A stretch of 64,000 nt of DNA from a virus (IMGVR_UViG_2623620505_000001), one strand, 5' to 3'. Shown: positions 1 through 9,896, counted from the first letter of the stretch. A program made the numbers and translations. The notes: generated from the letters alone by a model not told the origin.

Positions 1-84
1 GCGACTCGTTCATTAACCCGTTGTATCGGATTTTCCCTGTTACTCAGCAAATCCGCAGAAGTTACGTAATAAATCTCGCACAGG

Positions 85-696
85 ATGTGTCAGATGACGA
101 AAAATAAGTATGCAACGGTCGATTTTGACCAGGTTAATGAAAAGGGGCTGAAATCCCTTATCGCGGCGATCAATAAAACCGGTGTTACGGTAATTGAGGT
201 TGACTCCAGCAACCGCGCAACAACGAAAGATGGCGTTAAAGTTAAAACCGCAAAGCTGGTTCTTAACGACGGACAAATTCTTGCCATACAGGTAAACGAT
301 ACTGGCGATATATCGTCTGTGAGGCTGAATGGAAAAGCTATTCCTAACGCTCAGTCGCCGGATATCAAGACGCTTGGTACCGTCATGGGGCAAGCGGCCC
401 GCAAAAACTCCGCAAAATTCCAGAAATCACTGATCGCCAAAGCGAAACGTGTTGCCAATCCGGTAGACAAGAAACCGGCAGTAAAATCCAACTTTCAGCG
501 CCTGCAAGAGGCAAAACAGCGGAATGCTCAGGTGGTTGCCGCTTATAAATCAGCGCAGAACTCGGTGTCTTTCAATCAACAGCAGATCACTGATTTGCGG
601 GCGAAGCTGGATAAGGAGACAGGCCGACTCAATAACGAAAAGGCCCGAAATGGCGAACTCAAACGCCGTCTTAAGCAACTGAAAGCAGGAAATTAA
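85..696 (+). CDS. hdf: Hdf-like protein (homolog of DarA fragment), first visible gene of the Dar antirestriction operon
   Basis: 203-aa ORF with coiled-coil C-terminus; shares a KNSAKFQ-containing segment with the next ORF; stop is 1 nt before the next start; P1 darA-operon synteny. Confidence 0.6.
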   Translation: MCQMTKNKYATVDFDQVNEKGLKSLIAAINKTGVTVIEVDSSNRATTKDGVKVKTAKLVLNDGQILAIQVNDTGDISSVRLNGKAIPNAQSPDIKTLGTVMGQAARKNSAKFQKSLIAKAKRVANPVDKKPAVKSNFQRLQEAKQRNAQVVAAYKSAQNSVSFNQQQITDLRAKLDKETGRLNNEKARNGELKRRLKQLKAGN

Positions 697-697
697 C

Positions 698-2617
698 ATG
701 GAACAGTTCAATATCAATAAAGGGGTGACGATCAAGCCTGGGCTTGACGTGCTTCCCCCGCCAGTGACTGATGATGAATATCGCGCATTAATGGCCGGTG
801 AGGACCGCTATCTGATGACGGAATCCAACACCCTGGAGGAAATCGAGGCTACGTTCTTCTATGACACGCCGATCCACTGGTGTGCTACGGATTTACTGGA
901 GGCGATTAGTTCTACTCGTTTGCAGTTACACCGGACCATGCAGGCATTTGTCCGGGCATTGAACCAGAAGCTGAATGGTACCGGAATCTCTGCGGGGAGT
1001 GATAAAACGGGGGATGTGGCCCAGAGCGGCGCGCGCGCGATCGGCGGTGCTGAAATTGGCCGGGCACGTAACGTTAACGGGCTGCCGGTCCTGCCAGCCA
1101 TTATTCCGCTCAGTGATGGTCAGACTATCAGCATTCTGTTTCATAGCCCGACAGCGGAAAACCGGATCACCAATAGCGATACGCTGGTTGCTTTCCAGTT
1201 CTTACTGAATAAAAAAGACGTTACTCACACCGTTGCTCCGATGAGTGGACGTGATATGACGCTGGCGCAGGTCACCATGAAACTTGCCAACCTTGCAGAG
1301 AAAAACTCGGCAAAATTTCAGCGTGCGCAGAAGAAGAAAAAAGCCCTTGTTGATGAAATAACCCAACTACAGGCTGACAGTGACCAGAAAGAGGATGCCA
1401 TGAGCGACCTCGTGGATCAGGTGGCAGCGGTAGAAGGGCAGAAGGTAGATCTGGAGCAGAAAATTAACGCTGTTGCATCGGAAGCGGATTCTCTTTATGA
1501 AGAGAATGAGCGTTTGCAGACGGAGATTGATCAGCTCAATCGCACTGGTGGGCGCGATACCATTGCTCCTGCGGGGATGACTGGTGGACACTCTCGCGCG
1601 ATGACGGATCGCCTTGCCAGTATCAAAAATCGTATGCATATGAACGGGGAAGTGACGCTCAGTAATGGTGCATCAATGAAGCAATTCATTGAGGACGGCG
1701 AAGGGTATATCCAGTTAACCGATTCGGATGGCAGCGTGTACATGATCAAGGCTAAATCCATACAGGGTGTGGACATGGCAGATGCGATCGGCAAGCTGTT
1801 TAAAGCCTATAAAGCGGGTAATGTATCGGAATACCTGGTCCAACCAGAAGAACATAAACCGGAAAACGTCGAACCTGAACCAGCGGAGGATACCGGTAGC
1901 TCTTCGCCTGAACCAGAAGTCTCTGTAGGTGCATATCGATATGCCCTGCAAATGCGTCCGGCGGCCCCTGGCGCAATACCTGAAGGTAACAAAGCAATTC
2001 TGCCGCGCCCTGATGAAGGTGACCCGTATTATGAATATGCACGCTACGGCATTGCTACTTACGATACCCCGCTTTCTGATCAGCAAATGAGTGAGTACGA
2101 CCTGAAGTTATTGCCTCGCGAGGATTCTTTCGACTTCCTGGCGAAGACACTTACTAATGGTCCGTTTGGCAAATATGCACAAAAAGCTCTGGAGCTGGCC
2201 ACCAGCTCACCAGACGAGTTCCGCGTAATGCTGAAAACTCAGTTTCAAAAAACTTTCCCCAATATTGCGTTTCCGGGGGGCGCTGGCACCGAGAAAATGG
2301 TGCAGAGCATGATCAATGCATTGCAGGCCGAAGTCGGTGAGATTACTCAGCCAGAACCTGCCCCGGCACAGCCTGATGAAACGGTTAGCGAAGCAGATGC
2401 AGAGGCTAATAAAGCCATTGAATATCTCAATAACGTGATGGATATGCAAAGCACTGACATGGCGGAGATCCGTAACGCCCGGGGTAATGTCCGGGAAGCG
2501 ATTGCAGCCCTTCAGGCTGCCGGGCGTTTTGAGGAAAACGAAGAGCTGGTTAATGGCGCTGCTCGCCACTTGGCTGATCTGCTGGTAGCAATCCAGAAAG
2601 CGGGGGTAGCGGCATGA
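698..2617 (+). CDS. darA: DarA-like internal head / antirestriction protein
   Basis: 639-aa ORF; size and operon position match P1 DarA; internal coiled coil; coupled to flanking ORFs. Confidence 0.7.
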   Translation: MEQFNINKGVTIKPGLDVLPPPVTDDEYRALMAGEDRYLMTESNTLEEIEATFFYDTPIHWCATDLLEAISSTRLQLHRTMQAFVRALNQKLNGTGISAGSDKTGDVAQSGARAIGGAEIGRARNVNGLPVLPAIIPLSDGQTISILFHSPTAENRITNSDTLVAFQFLLNKKDVTHTVAPMSGRDMTLAQVTMKLANLAEKNSAKFQRAQKKKKALVDEITQLQADSDQKEDAMSDLVDQVAAVEGQKVDLEQKINAVASEADSLYEENERLQTEIDQLNRTGGRDTIAPAGMTGGHSRAMTDRLASIKNRMHMNGEVTLSNGASMKQFIEDGEGYIQLTDSDGSVYMIKAKSIQGVDMADAIGKLFKAYKAGNVSEYLVQPEEHKPENVEPEPAEDTGSSSPEPEVSVGAYRYALQMRPAAPGAIPEGNKAILPRPDEGDPYYEYARYGIATYDTPLSDQQMSEYDLKLLPREDSFDFLAKTLTNGPFGKYAQKALELATSSPDEFRVMLKTQFQKTFPNIAFPGGAGTEKMVQSMINALQAEVGEITQPEPAPAQPDETVSEADAEANKAIEYLNNVMDMQSTDMAEIRNARGNVREAIAALQAAGRFEENEELVNGAARHLADLLVAIQKAGVAA

Positions 2618-2979
2618 CACTATCAGCTATTGAGTTAATGGATCTCAGCGATAAGTTGGATGCTTTGATGTCCAAAGCGGCTACCGCGAGTGGCATGGAG
2701 TTGCTGGATATCAGCGATGAAATTGACCAGATCATGCAACAGATGGGGTACGGTGTGTCCGGTGGCAGTAGTGGCGAGGAAAAACAACCTTCGGTACATG
2801 ATGGTGTGCCAAAACTGGTTGCTGATTTCCTGGCTGATAAATTCGTCGATCAGAGCACCGATGCATTTATCGGTACCTTGCAGGATTTGAGTCAATATGT
2901 TGGCACATACATCGACCTGGACCAGGTTAAACAGCACACGGCGGCATGGATAGCCGCCAACATTAAAGAGGCAGCATAA
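2614..2979 (+). CDS. small protein downstream of darA (DdrA-like)
   Basis: 121-aa ORF; ATGA stop/start overlap with the darA-like ORF; synteny only. Confidence 0.5.
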   Translation: MTLSAIELMDLSDKLDALMSKAATASGMELLDISDEIDQIMQQMGYGVSGGSSGEEKQPSVHDGVPKLVADFLADKFVDQSTDAFIGTLQDLSQYVGTYIDLDQVKQHTAAWIAANIKEAA

Positions 2980-2991
2980 GGCGTAACAGGG

Positions 2992-5979
2992 ATGAGCTTA
3001 AGCGATCAGGTGGTAATGGCCACCAGCATAGAAACGCTGATCGAGCTGCTAAAGAACCTGCCCGGTTATGGGCGGGTTTCGTATGTGGTGACAGCGAAGG
3101 GAGACGAGGTAAAAACAGCGTTTGATATCGTCGATGCCTCAGCTCTTTTGGTATCCAATACTCTGGATGGGAAAATTAATCCTGACTATCCCCAGGAACT
3201 TCAGCCGCGCGACCGGACCCGCGCATCCAGCCTTCTTCAGGTTAACCAGATATCCAAAGATTTGCGGCCTGCTCAGCTTACTGATTCCGGTTTATCCAGC
3301 CATGGTGCGCCGATAATTGGTGAGGACAATGCCGTTGAGTCAGGTAATGGACGGACCATGGGGATCATCAAAGCCTATCAGGACGGCAATGCGGATCGGT
3401 ATCGTGAGTACCTGATTGAACATGCGACCGAATTCGGCATACCTCCTGAAAAGGTTGAATCAATGACGGCTCCGGTACTGGTGCGCCGCCGGTTAACTAA
3501 GGTTGACCGCGTTCAGTTTGCCAAGGACTCAAATATTTCTGATCTTCAGGAAATGGCAGCCAGTGAAAAAGCTTTTGTTGATGCCGACAGCATAACACCG
3601 GCGATGATGGCGCTTTTTAACCCGTCAGAAAGCGGAGATCTGCTTAGCCGCAGTAATGACGCGTTTATTCGCGGATTTATGACGCAAGTTGGTGCCACAC
3701 AGGCGGCTGGCCTTGTAATGGAAGATGGGCGACCAACGCGGCAACTTGTTGACCGTATACAAAACGCGATCTTTGCCAAGGCATATAAGGATGCGCGCCT
3801 GGTAAGGATGGTTGCAGAAGAACCTGATCCGGATATGCGTAATGTTCTGACGGCGCTTAATGCGGCAGCCAATGATTTTGTCCAGATGCAGGCTTTATCA
3901 GGAGAAGCGCACAAGCAGGCTGTGACAACTATTGTTGATGGCATTGAGACAGCGGATAGCCTCGATAAAAAGGCGCTGGCGGCATTGAAAGATGCGGTAG
4001 ACCTGGTAAGGCAATCGAAGGAGTCAGGCCAGCATATTACCGATGTTATTGCTCAGGGGGATATGTTCAGCGAAACGGCCCCGGAAGTGAAAGCACTCGC
4101 GTTGTTCATCGTCGCGAATAACCGTAGCGCGAAGCGTATGGCCACCGCCTTTAAGTTGATGGCTCAACGTATCAATGATGAGTTACAGCACCAGGGCCAG
4201 GCGCTGGGGGATATGTTTGGCGGTGGTGATGTGTCGTTACAGGATATCCTTCGCCAGGTGTCTCAGGAACTGGAAAACGAAGGCATGCAAGGGATATCCG
4301 GCGGTCTTTTCGAGTCCGTTTCCGGCGGTAGTTACAATGGTGTTGCTCCATATACCAGTTTGCTATTACATCGGGCATCCGGCATCAAAGACATTATTCA
4401 TCTGATCAGGCTGCTTTCCCGTACAGATCCCCAGGATGAACAGCTTGTACAAGTGCTTGCGCATTTTGTTCGAATGCCTGTTGCCGACGTGAAAAAATGG
4501 TGCCGATTATTCGGTATCAGCAATTCGTTACTTCGCGGCTTGTTAAATCACGCATCCTCCCTTGGGCGCGATGGCTTTGACGAGATAGCGCAGGCGATAA
4601 AAAACGGAGATATGCCACCAGCTATTGACTGGTTTTCCATTCGCCCAACCAGGGTGAAAGCATTCCTTAGCGCGGCGCATTCGGCATCACCATTGGCAGA
4701 AATGGTTCAGAGGTTGTCGCTCATATTCACAGACCATACCGCGTTGGGTGATCTGACTCTGGACGAGATGAAAGAAGCCTCCATTCAGTGGGCCGATCAA
4801 CAAAATGAGGTTAACTCTGACTTCTTGCCAGCATTCAGGAAGGCCGTTAGTAAAGCTGATGATGCCCGTGGAATTCTGAGGGCATTTAAGGCATTGCAAA
4901 GTCAGGTTAATAAACATGTCGGTGATATCGATGGGGTAACGGCGGAAGGCAGGGATATCCTTAAAGAGCACGGCATAACGCCAGAGTTTATTGATGAGAT
5001 CAGGACTGATATGCAGCGTGAGGTCGTATCGTCCCTGCAAATCGTAGCCAGAGCGTTGGCGGATGCTAATCCGAAGAGTGCGGCCATTGTTAACCGTGTT
5101 ATTGGTGATATTGAAGCATCGGAGGGCATGGGGGCGCTGAAACTCTTCCTTTCGCGAGCGTTTAATCCTAACGGCAATATTCTCCCCGGCATTATTGGTG
5201 AGGCTAAAAAGTATGTCAGCGAAGAAGAACTTGAGCATCTTGACCAACTACTTAAGCGATTCTCATATAACCCGCAGACACGCTGGCAAATGAATCAGCA
5301 AAGTATGGGTTCGGTCCACGAGAAAGTGTTATCTGCCATGAACAGTGCGATCGCCAACTCATCCGTATCTGAAGAAAAAGCTCTTGAGTGGGCCGACTCT
5401 TTTATCACGGAAGAAGTGGAAGAAGCCCGCGCTGGACAGAATGGTGGGATAGACCTGCGCAAGGAACTTGCTGATATTTATCGCCTGACCGGCGGTAAAA
5501 TTTCGACCTTATCAAAGGTGGTTCACCACCAGGGAAGGGCATATGCAAATATTAATGGTGTTGTTGCTGTCAATTTGAACGATGAAAATGCAAGTGCACT
5601 GTGGCACGAGCTGGGTCATCATCTTGAGTACAGTAACCCTGGTTTGTTAGAGAAAGCCCGGTCATTCCTGAAGGCCAATGTTGAAGGGGATAAGCCATCT
5701 TTCGTTAATATCGGTGGGCGTGGCAAGCCTGAATGGTGCTTCAGATCTCGATTGAGTAATATTTATATGGCGAAGGTATACCCGCCAGCCTCAGTAAGTA
5801 ACACCGGGAAAATTCGGCAGAAATCACCGACTATTTCCAAAACGTCAGCAACGGAAGTATTCTCTATGGCTCTTCAGTTGTATCATGACAAAGAGGCCGC
5901 TGCCGCATCACTGATGAATGGTGACGGATTGCTGGAACTGTTATTAGGTGTGGCAAAGGAGCTAAATAATGCAGATTAA
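2992..5979 (+). CDS. large Dar-operon protein (DdrB-like) with HExxH zincin-like motif
   Basis: 995-aa ORF; motif WHELGHHLEY near the C-terminus; synteny with the P1 dar operon. Confidence 0.55.
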   Translation: MSLSDQVVMATSIETLIELLKNLPGYGRVSYVVTAKGDEVKTAFDIVDASALLVSNTLDGKINPDYPQELQPRDRTRASSLLQVNQISKDLRPAQLTDSGLSSHGAPIIGEDNAVESGNGRTMGIIKAYQDGNADRYREYLIEHATEFGIPPEKVESMTAPVLVRRRLTKVDRVQFAKDSNISDLQEMAASEKAFVDADSITPAMMALFNPSESGDLLSRSNDAFIRGFMTQVGATQAAGLVMEDGRPTRQLVDRIQNAIFAKAYKDARLVRMVAEEPDPDMRNVLTALNAAANDFVQMQALSGEAHKQAVTTIVDGIETADSLDKKALAALKDAVDLVRQSKESGQHITDVIAQGDMFSETAPEVKALALFIVANNRSAKRMATAFKLMAQRINDELQHQGQALGDMFGGGDVSLQDILRQVSQELENEGMQGISGGLFESVSGGSYNGVAPYTSLLLHRASGIKDIIHLIRLLSRTDPQDEQLVQVLAHFVRMPVADVKKWCRLFGISNSLLRGLLNHASSLGRDGFDEIAQAIKNGDMPPAIDWFSIRPTRVKAFLSAAHSASPLAEMVQRLSLIFTDHTALGDLTLDEMKEASIQWADQQNEVNSDFLPAFRKAVSKADDARGILRAFKALQSQVNKHVGDIDGVTAEGRDILKEHGITPEFIDEIRTDMQREVVSSLQIVARALADANPKSAAIVNRVIGDIEASEGMGALKLFLSRAFNPNGNILPGIIGEAKKYVSEEELEHLDQLLKRFSYNPQTRWQMNQQSMGSVHEKVLSAMNSAIANSSVSEEKALEWADSFITEEVEEARAGQNGGIDLRKELADIYRLTGGKISTLSKVVHHQGRAYANINGVVAVNLNDENASALWHELGHHLEYSNPGLLEKARSFLKANVEGDKPSFVNIGGRGKPEWCFRSRLSNIYMAKVYPPASVSNTGKIRQKSPTISKTSATEVFSMALQLYHDKEAAAASLMNGDGLLELLLGVAKELNNAD

Positions 5980-6280
5980 AATCGCAGCGCCATTAGGCGG
6001 AGATGCCATTATCGAATTTGATGATAATGAAGAAGTTTCCGGGCGTTTAAGCATTATCTCCGGTGACATTACCGAGGACATGATCGCTGAAGCCATAGCT
6101 GGGGCAAATCCCAATAGCTATATGGGATTCGTTAACACCCTTGATGCTCCCGCAAGTGATGTTCTCCGAACGCTGCATCTTTACGCTGGCTGGTTTGTTG
6201 ATTGGCCAGCAGTAGATGGTGGCGATGAGGACGACGACGACGATGATTTTGGTGATCATGTAGACCAGATCGTATATTGA
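5969..6280 (+). CDS. small acidic protein with poly-Asp C-terminal tail
   Basis: 103-aa ORF overlapping the end of the previous gene; C-terminus DGGDEDDDDDDFGD; followed by a terminator. Confidence 0.5.
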   Translation: MQIKIAAPLGGDAIIEFDDNEEVSGRLSIISGDITEDMIAEAIAGANPNSYMGFVNTLDAPASDVLRTLHLYAGWFVDWPAVDGGDEDDDDDDFGDHVDQIVY

Positions 6281-6282
6281 AG

Positions 6283-6308
6283 AAATCCCGCCAATTGGCG
6301 GGATTTTT
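6283..6308 (+). terminator. rho-independent terminator between convergent operons
   Basis: aaatcccgcc-aatt-ggcgggattt hairpin followed by a T-run. Confidence 0.75.
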
Positions 6309-6311
6309 ACC

Positions 6312-7406
6312 TCACGAGAAACTCTTTTCTGATGTCAGCCAACAGTGCTCGTGCATATCTCTTGGTGGTTTTTCGACAAATGCCTCTTCAGCCACATCCT
6401 GCCAGGGGATTTGTTTAGCCCATTCAGTTATAGCGTTATGGTTTGCCGAGAATAACGGTATTGTATAGGCCTTCAGCCAGTCTAATGTGCTGGAGTTGTG
6501 TTTTTGAGCGTGATGTTTCGCATGGTGTTTGGCGATCACGATCGTAGGCACTACCCATTTACTACCGTCAGTCATTGTGAAGTGCATATTACGGGGAACA
6601 GATGACTTTTCCATCAACTCCCGAATCCCTGGGAATTTCCCCAAGATCAATCGGCGATATTCATCGCTATTGCGCCCACCAAACTCTTTGGCTTTGAATT
6701 CAAGATATGCTTCAGAAACGAGAGGTGAATCCTCTGTGTTTAGAGTTATCGCCGTGAAAAAACCAGCAGGATTGTTTTTACTATGGGCCAACCGGTGATG
6801 CGAATCATAAAAGTACCCTTTCTCGCGTTCCGATGGTTTCGACAGCAACAGCAGGCGCGAGTCATAATTGGTTAAATTGCCAGTTATCACTGCATGAGCG
6901 CGATCGCTGATTTCCGCCGAGTTAATAACGATGAAAAGATCGTGCGGTCCAGTAAAACCAGCCAGAGACTCTTCGTTATTCAGACAATAGGTTATATAGA
7001 CGCATCCCCATGTTTCACTGATATGCACCAACCCTTTGTCAGGGTGTATTCTGAAATAATTGCCAAGAAAAGTGTGTTTTTGGGTAACTCGCTCCCAATA
7101 ACGGAACATATAGTCAATTATTGTTTTTCGACAATCGTTAATCGCAGGAGAAACAACCACTGTACGGGAACACGAATACAGTATTGTTTGCAGGATGCTA
7201 ATCACTGCCACAATAGAGGTTTCCCCAATACCATGTGGTGTGGTGGCAGTGATTTTGGCTCCGGTGTTCTTTATCGCGTTAATAATTTTTGCTTGATGAG
7301 GTGTTAACTCAATATCAAGCAACTCTTTTGCTGCCAGTTCCCAATTGTCTTTATACCGTTCTATCAGTGCTAACCAGGCAGATTCATTCTGTATACGATT
7401 AATCAC
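6312..7406 (-). CDS. PacB-like protein: paralog of the terminase large subunit ATPase domain, lacking the C-terminal part
   Basis: 364 aa; clear similarity to PacB at 26514..27998 (GYFYDSHHRLA vs [11 protein letters not shown]; TAITLNTEDSPLVS vs [14 protein letters not shown]; Walker-like GIGETS vs GTGKSD). Confidence 0.7.
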   Translation of the reverse strand: MINRIQNESAWLALIERYKDNWELAAKELLDIELTPHQAKIINAIKNTGAKITATTPHGIGETSIVAVISILQTILYSCSRTVVVSPAINDCRKTIIDYMFRYWERVTQKHTFLGNYFRIHPDKGLVHISETWGCVYITYCLNNEESLAGFTGPHDLFIVINSAEISDRAHAVITGNLTNYDSRLLLLSKPSEREKGYFYDSHHRLAHSKNNPAGFFTAITLNTEDSPLVSEAYLEFKAKEFGGRNSDEYRRLILGKFPGIRELMEKSSVPRNMHFTMTDGSKWVVPTIVIAKHHAKHHAQKHNSSTLDWLKAYTIPLFSANHNAITEWAKQIPWQDVAEEAFVEKPPRDMHEHCWLTSEKSFS

Positions 7407-8307
7407 TTTCCACCTCTTCCGTGGTGTTTTCTTGCAGTTCTGTTAATGCAGCACGACATAGGTTCCGGGCATTGGCTATAGCCACACTTTTGACTTCATC
7501 CGTCATCGTGCAGGTAATGTACTGATCGAGTTCTTCAGCGCGGATGATGCTTTTGCCAATCAGAAACTGTATTTGCCATAGCAGATCGGCATCCATAATC
7601 AGAATTTCTGCCGGGCCTTCAGGGCCAGCCGGGAAGGAAACATAAGACTGTTTGCCCAGGCCGACAACTCGACAACTTGCTTCAAGAATTGCGCGCTTGA
7701 GGTCTGACTTTATAACGGAAACAGGTTGATTTTCACCAGTGATTACGCCGTTGACATGGAAAGGCATGTAGCTTGAAATACGCTCTACTTTCCACACGCC
7801 AGCAAGCGATCCTTCATGCAGCACAATGGGGGTAACCGCGAGTTTCATCTCACCATATAACTGCTGGCAGATAGCTGGATTGCTGAATACATCTAAAGGC
7901 TCACATTCAAACAGCGGCGCAATCTGCATGAGGTCCATCATGGTCATCCCTGGGGTACGAGCAGTAATGAATTTGCGCATACCAGTATCCATTGCGCTCC
8001 AGATTGCTACACCATGCTTTTTGCTCACTTCTTCAGTAAAGCCAAGGTGGCACATGATGGTTTTTTCGATAGCCAGATCAGAGATAGAAACCTTTTCGCC
8101 AGGTACTCCATCATTATTGATGGTCACTTCGACACTCTGGCCATTACGTAGGCGGTATTGAATGGTTTTAGTATTTTGTGCTGTCATAGTCTTTTCTCTG
8201 CTTAAAAACTGATGTATTGCGTCTTCAGGTGGGTTAGGAATGTTTTCCCACCAGCGAAAGCAATATCTCGTGGTGTTCTGTTCGTTAAAAACGCGTGCCA
8301 TTGCCAA
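7399..8307 (-). CDS. hypothetical protein
   Basis: 302-aa ORF, same strand and overlapping start of the PacB-like gene. Confidence 0.5.
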   Translation of the reverse strand: MAMARVFNEQNTTRYCFRWWENIPNPPEDAIHQFLSREKTMTAQNTKTIQYRLRNGQSVEVTINNDGVPGEKVSISDLAIEKTIMCHLGFTEEVSKKHGVAIWSAMDTGMRKFITARTPGMTMMDLMQIAPLFECEPLDVFSNPAICQQLYGEMKLAVTPIVLHEGSLAGVWKVERISSYMPFHVNGVITGENQPVSVIKSDLKRAILEASCRVVGLGKQSYVSFPAGPEGPAEILIMDADLLWQIQFLIGKSIIRAEELDQYITCTMTDEVKSVAIANARNLCRAALTELQENTTEEVESD

Positions 8308-8389
8308 CTTTGGCGTTTTTTAGCGAGTTCGTGCTTTTGTTGGCGTTTGGACCACCGCTTTTCTTTCAGTCGTTTTTTACTCATAAACT

Positions 8390-8878
8390 CTAAAACGGAA
8401 TATCGTCTTCAAAGTCCATTGGAGGTTCGTTATTGGCGCTGCTCTGAGGTTTGCCGCCACCGCTGTATTGCTGGTGGTTTTGAGGTTGGTTTGACTGCCC
8501 CCAGCCATTTGAGGACTGTGAATCGTCGCGGCGAGTGCCGATCATTTGCATGGTGCCGCCCTGGCTGACGATAATTTCCGTCGTGTAACGTTCTACACCG
8601 GCGTCATCAGTCCACTTACGGGTTTTAAGTTTCCCTTCGATGTAGAGCTGAGAACCTTTTCGTAAATACTCACTCGCAATTTCAGCAAGTTTTCCGAACA
8701 AAACGACTTTATGCCATTCTGTTTGCTCTTTCTGTTGGCCCGTTTGCTTATCGCGCCATGATTCATTCGTTGCGATGCTGAGTCTTCCGACTGCGCCGCC
8801 ATTTGGTATATACCTGATCTCCGGGTCTTGCCCCAGGGTACCAATCAGGATGACTTTGTTTACACCGCGTTGTGCCAC
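8390..8878 (-). CDS. ssb: single-stranded DNA-binding protein
   Basis: 162 aa; OB-fold N-terminus similar to E. coli SSB; Gly/Gln-rich linker; acidic tip MDFEDDIPF. Confidence 0.95.
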   Translation of the reverse strand: MAQRGVNKVILIGTLGQDPEIRYIPNGGAVGRLSIATNESWRDKQTGQQKEQTEWHKVVLFGKLAEIASEYLRKGSQLYIEGKLKTRKWTDDAGVERYTTEIIVSQGGTMQMIGTRRDDSQSSNGWGQSNQPQNHQQYSGGGKPQSSANNEPPMDFEDDIPF

Positions 8879-8897
8879 TTTTCTTACCTAATAAAAT

Positions 8898-8914
8898 AAA
8901 TTAATTAGAGCAAT
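8898..8914 (-). promoter_or_regulatory. C1 repressor operator (16/17 match to consensus) upstream of ssb
   Basis: aaattaattagagcaat, reverse complement of ATTGCTCTAATAAATTT with one mismatch. Confidence 0.7.
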
Positions 8915-9047
8915 AATGTATATCTTTGAAACGTGGCTAACAAGTGATTTGCATTATCCTGTGCCTTCTAAAGGGATCGAGTCAGTCGGTATTGGCTGTG
9001 AATGAGTGTTTGTCCTGGAGCGTAAAAAATTCGCTTATGAGGTCTTT

Positions 9048-9605
9048 ATGAAGGGAAAAACAGCCGCAGGAGGCGGTGCAATTTGCGCTATCGCGGTGAT
9101 GATTACCATCGTGATGGGTAATGGCAATGTGCGAACCAACCAGGCGGGGCTTGAGCTGATTGGTAACGCTGAAGGTTGCCGACGTGATCCATACATGTGC
9201 CCGGCGGGGGTATGGACTGACGGGATCGGTAATACACACGGGGTAACGCCGGGTGTGCGAAAAACCGACCAGCAAATCGCCGCTGATTGGGAAAAGAATA
9301 TCCTGATCGCTGAACGCTGTATTAATCAGCACTTCCGGGGCAAAGACATGCCCGATAATGCCTTCAGTGCAATGACAAGCGCGGCATTCAATATGGGATG
9401 CAATAGCTTACGGACCTACTACAGCAAAGCGCGAGGCATGCGAGTAGAAACGTCCATCCACAAGTGGGCGCAGAAAGGGGAATGGGTGAATATGTGTAAC
9501 CATCTCCCTGATTTCGTGAACAGTAACGGCGTGCCCCTGCGAGGTTTAAAGATTCGCCGTGAAAAAGAACGCCAGCTTTGCCTGACGGGGCTTGTCAATG
9601 AATAA
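9048..9605 (+). CDS. lyz: SAR endolysin (T4 e-type lysozyme with N-terminal signal-arrest-release segment)
   Basis: MKGKTAAGGGAICAIAVMITIVMG... followed by catalytic region NAEGCRRDPYMCPAGVWTDGIGNTHGV; matches P1 Lyz as I recall it. Confidence 0.92.
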   Translation: MKGKTAAGGGAICAIAVMITIVMGNGNVRTNQAGLELIGNAEGCRRDPYMCPAGVWTDGIGNTHGVTPGVRKTDQQIAADWEKNILIAERCINQHFRGKDMPDNAFSAMTSAAFNMGCNSLRTYYSKARGMRVETSIHKWAQKGEWVNMCNHLPDFVNSNGVPLRGLKIRREKERQLCLTGLVNE

Positions 9606-9852
9606 ACTCCGGCAGCTCCGCCGACTTTCGACAATGAAGTTATCGCTGGCGGCGATAGTTTTTGACTCGATTTTCATGGCGGTATATGTGCTCAATGAGA
9701 CGTGGCCACTGGAACCGCTATTGTATGCCGGGCTTCGGCTGTGCCTGACATTTTTGAGCATGGCTGCGAGATTGATGCAGCAGAAAGAAACCGCTTCAGA
9801 TTGTCCACGCCGCGCGGTGCGCAAATATATGGCACGCAGGCGAAGGCGATAA
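9592..9852 (+). CDS. small membrane protein downstream of lyz
   Basis: 86-aa ORF with two hydrophobic segments and a basic C-terminus; overlaps the lyz stop. Confidence 0.4.
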   Translation: MSMNKLRQLRRLSTMKLSLAAIVFDSIFMAVYVLNETWPLEPLLYAGLRLCLTFLSMAARLMQQKETASDCPRRAVRKYMARRRRR

Positions 9853-9863
9853 TAGTTAACGAG

Positions 9864-9892
9864 AACCCCGGCAGCTGCCGGGGTTATTTTTG
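9864..9892. terminator. bidirectional hairpin terminator
   Basis: palindrome ccccggcagctgccgggg followed by ttattttt. Confidence 0.7.
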
Positions 9893-9896
9893 GTGG

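Noticed and set aside
40-393. 117-aa minus-strand ORF at the window start
   Set aside because: It overlaps the hdf-like gene antisense and has no supporting signals.
8202-8384. 60-aa basic ORF between ssb and the upstream gene
   Set aside because: It overlaps the start of the 302-aa ORF and is at the size threshold; possibly real, but not supported well enough to call.
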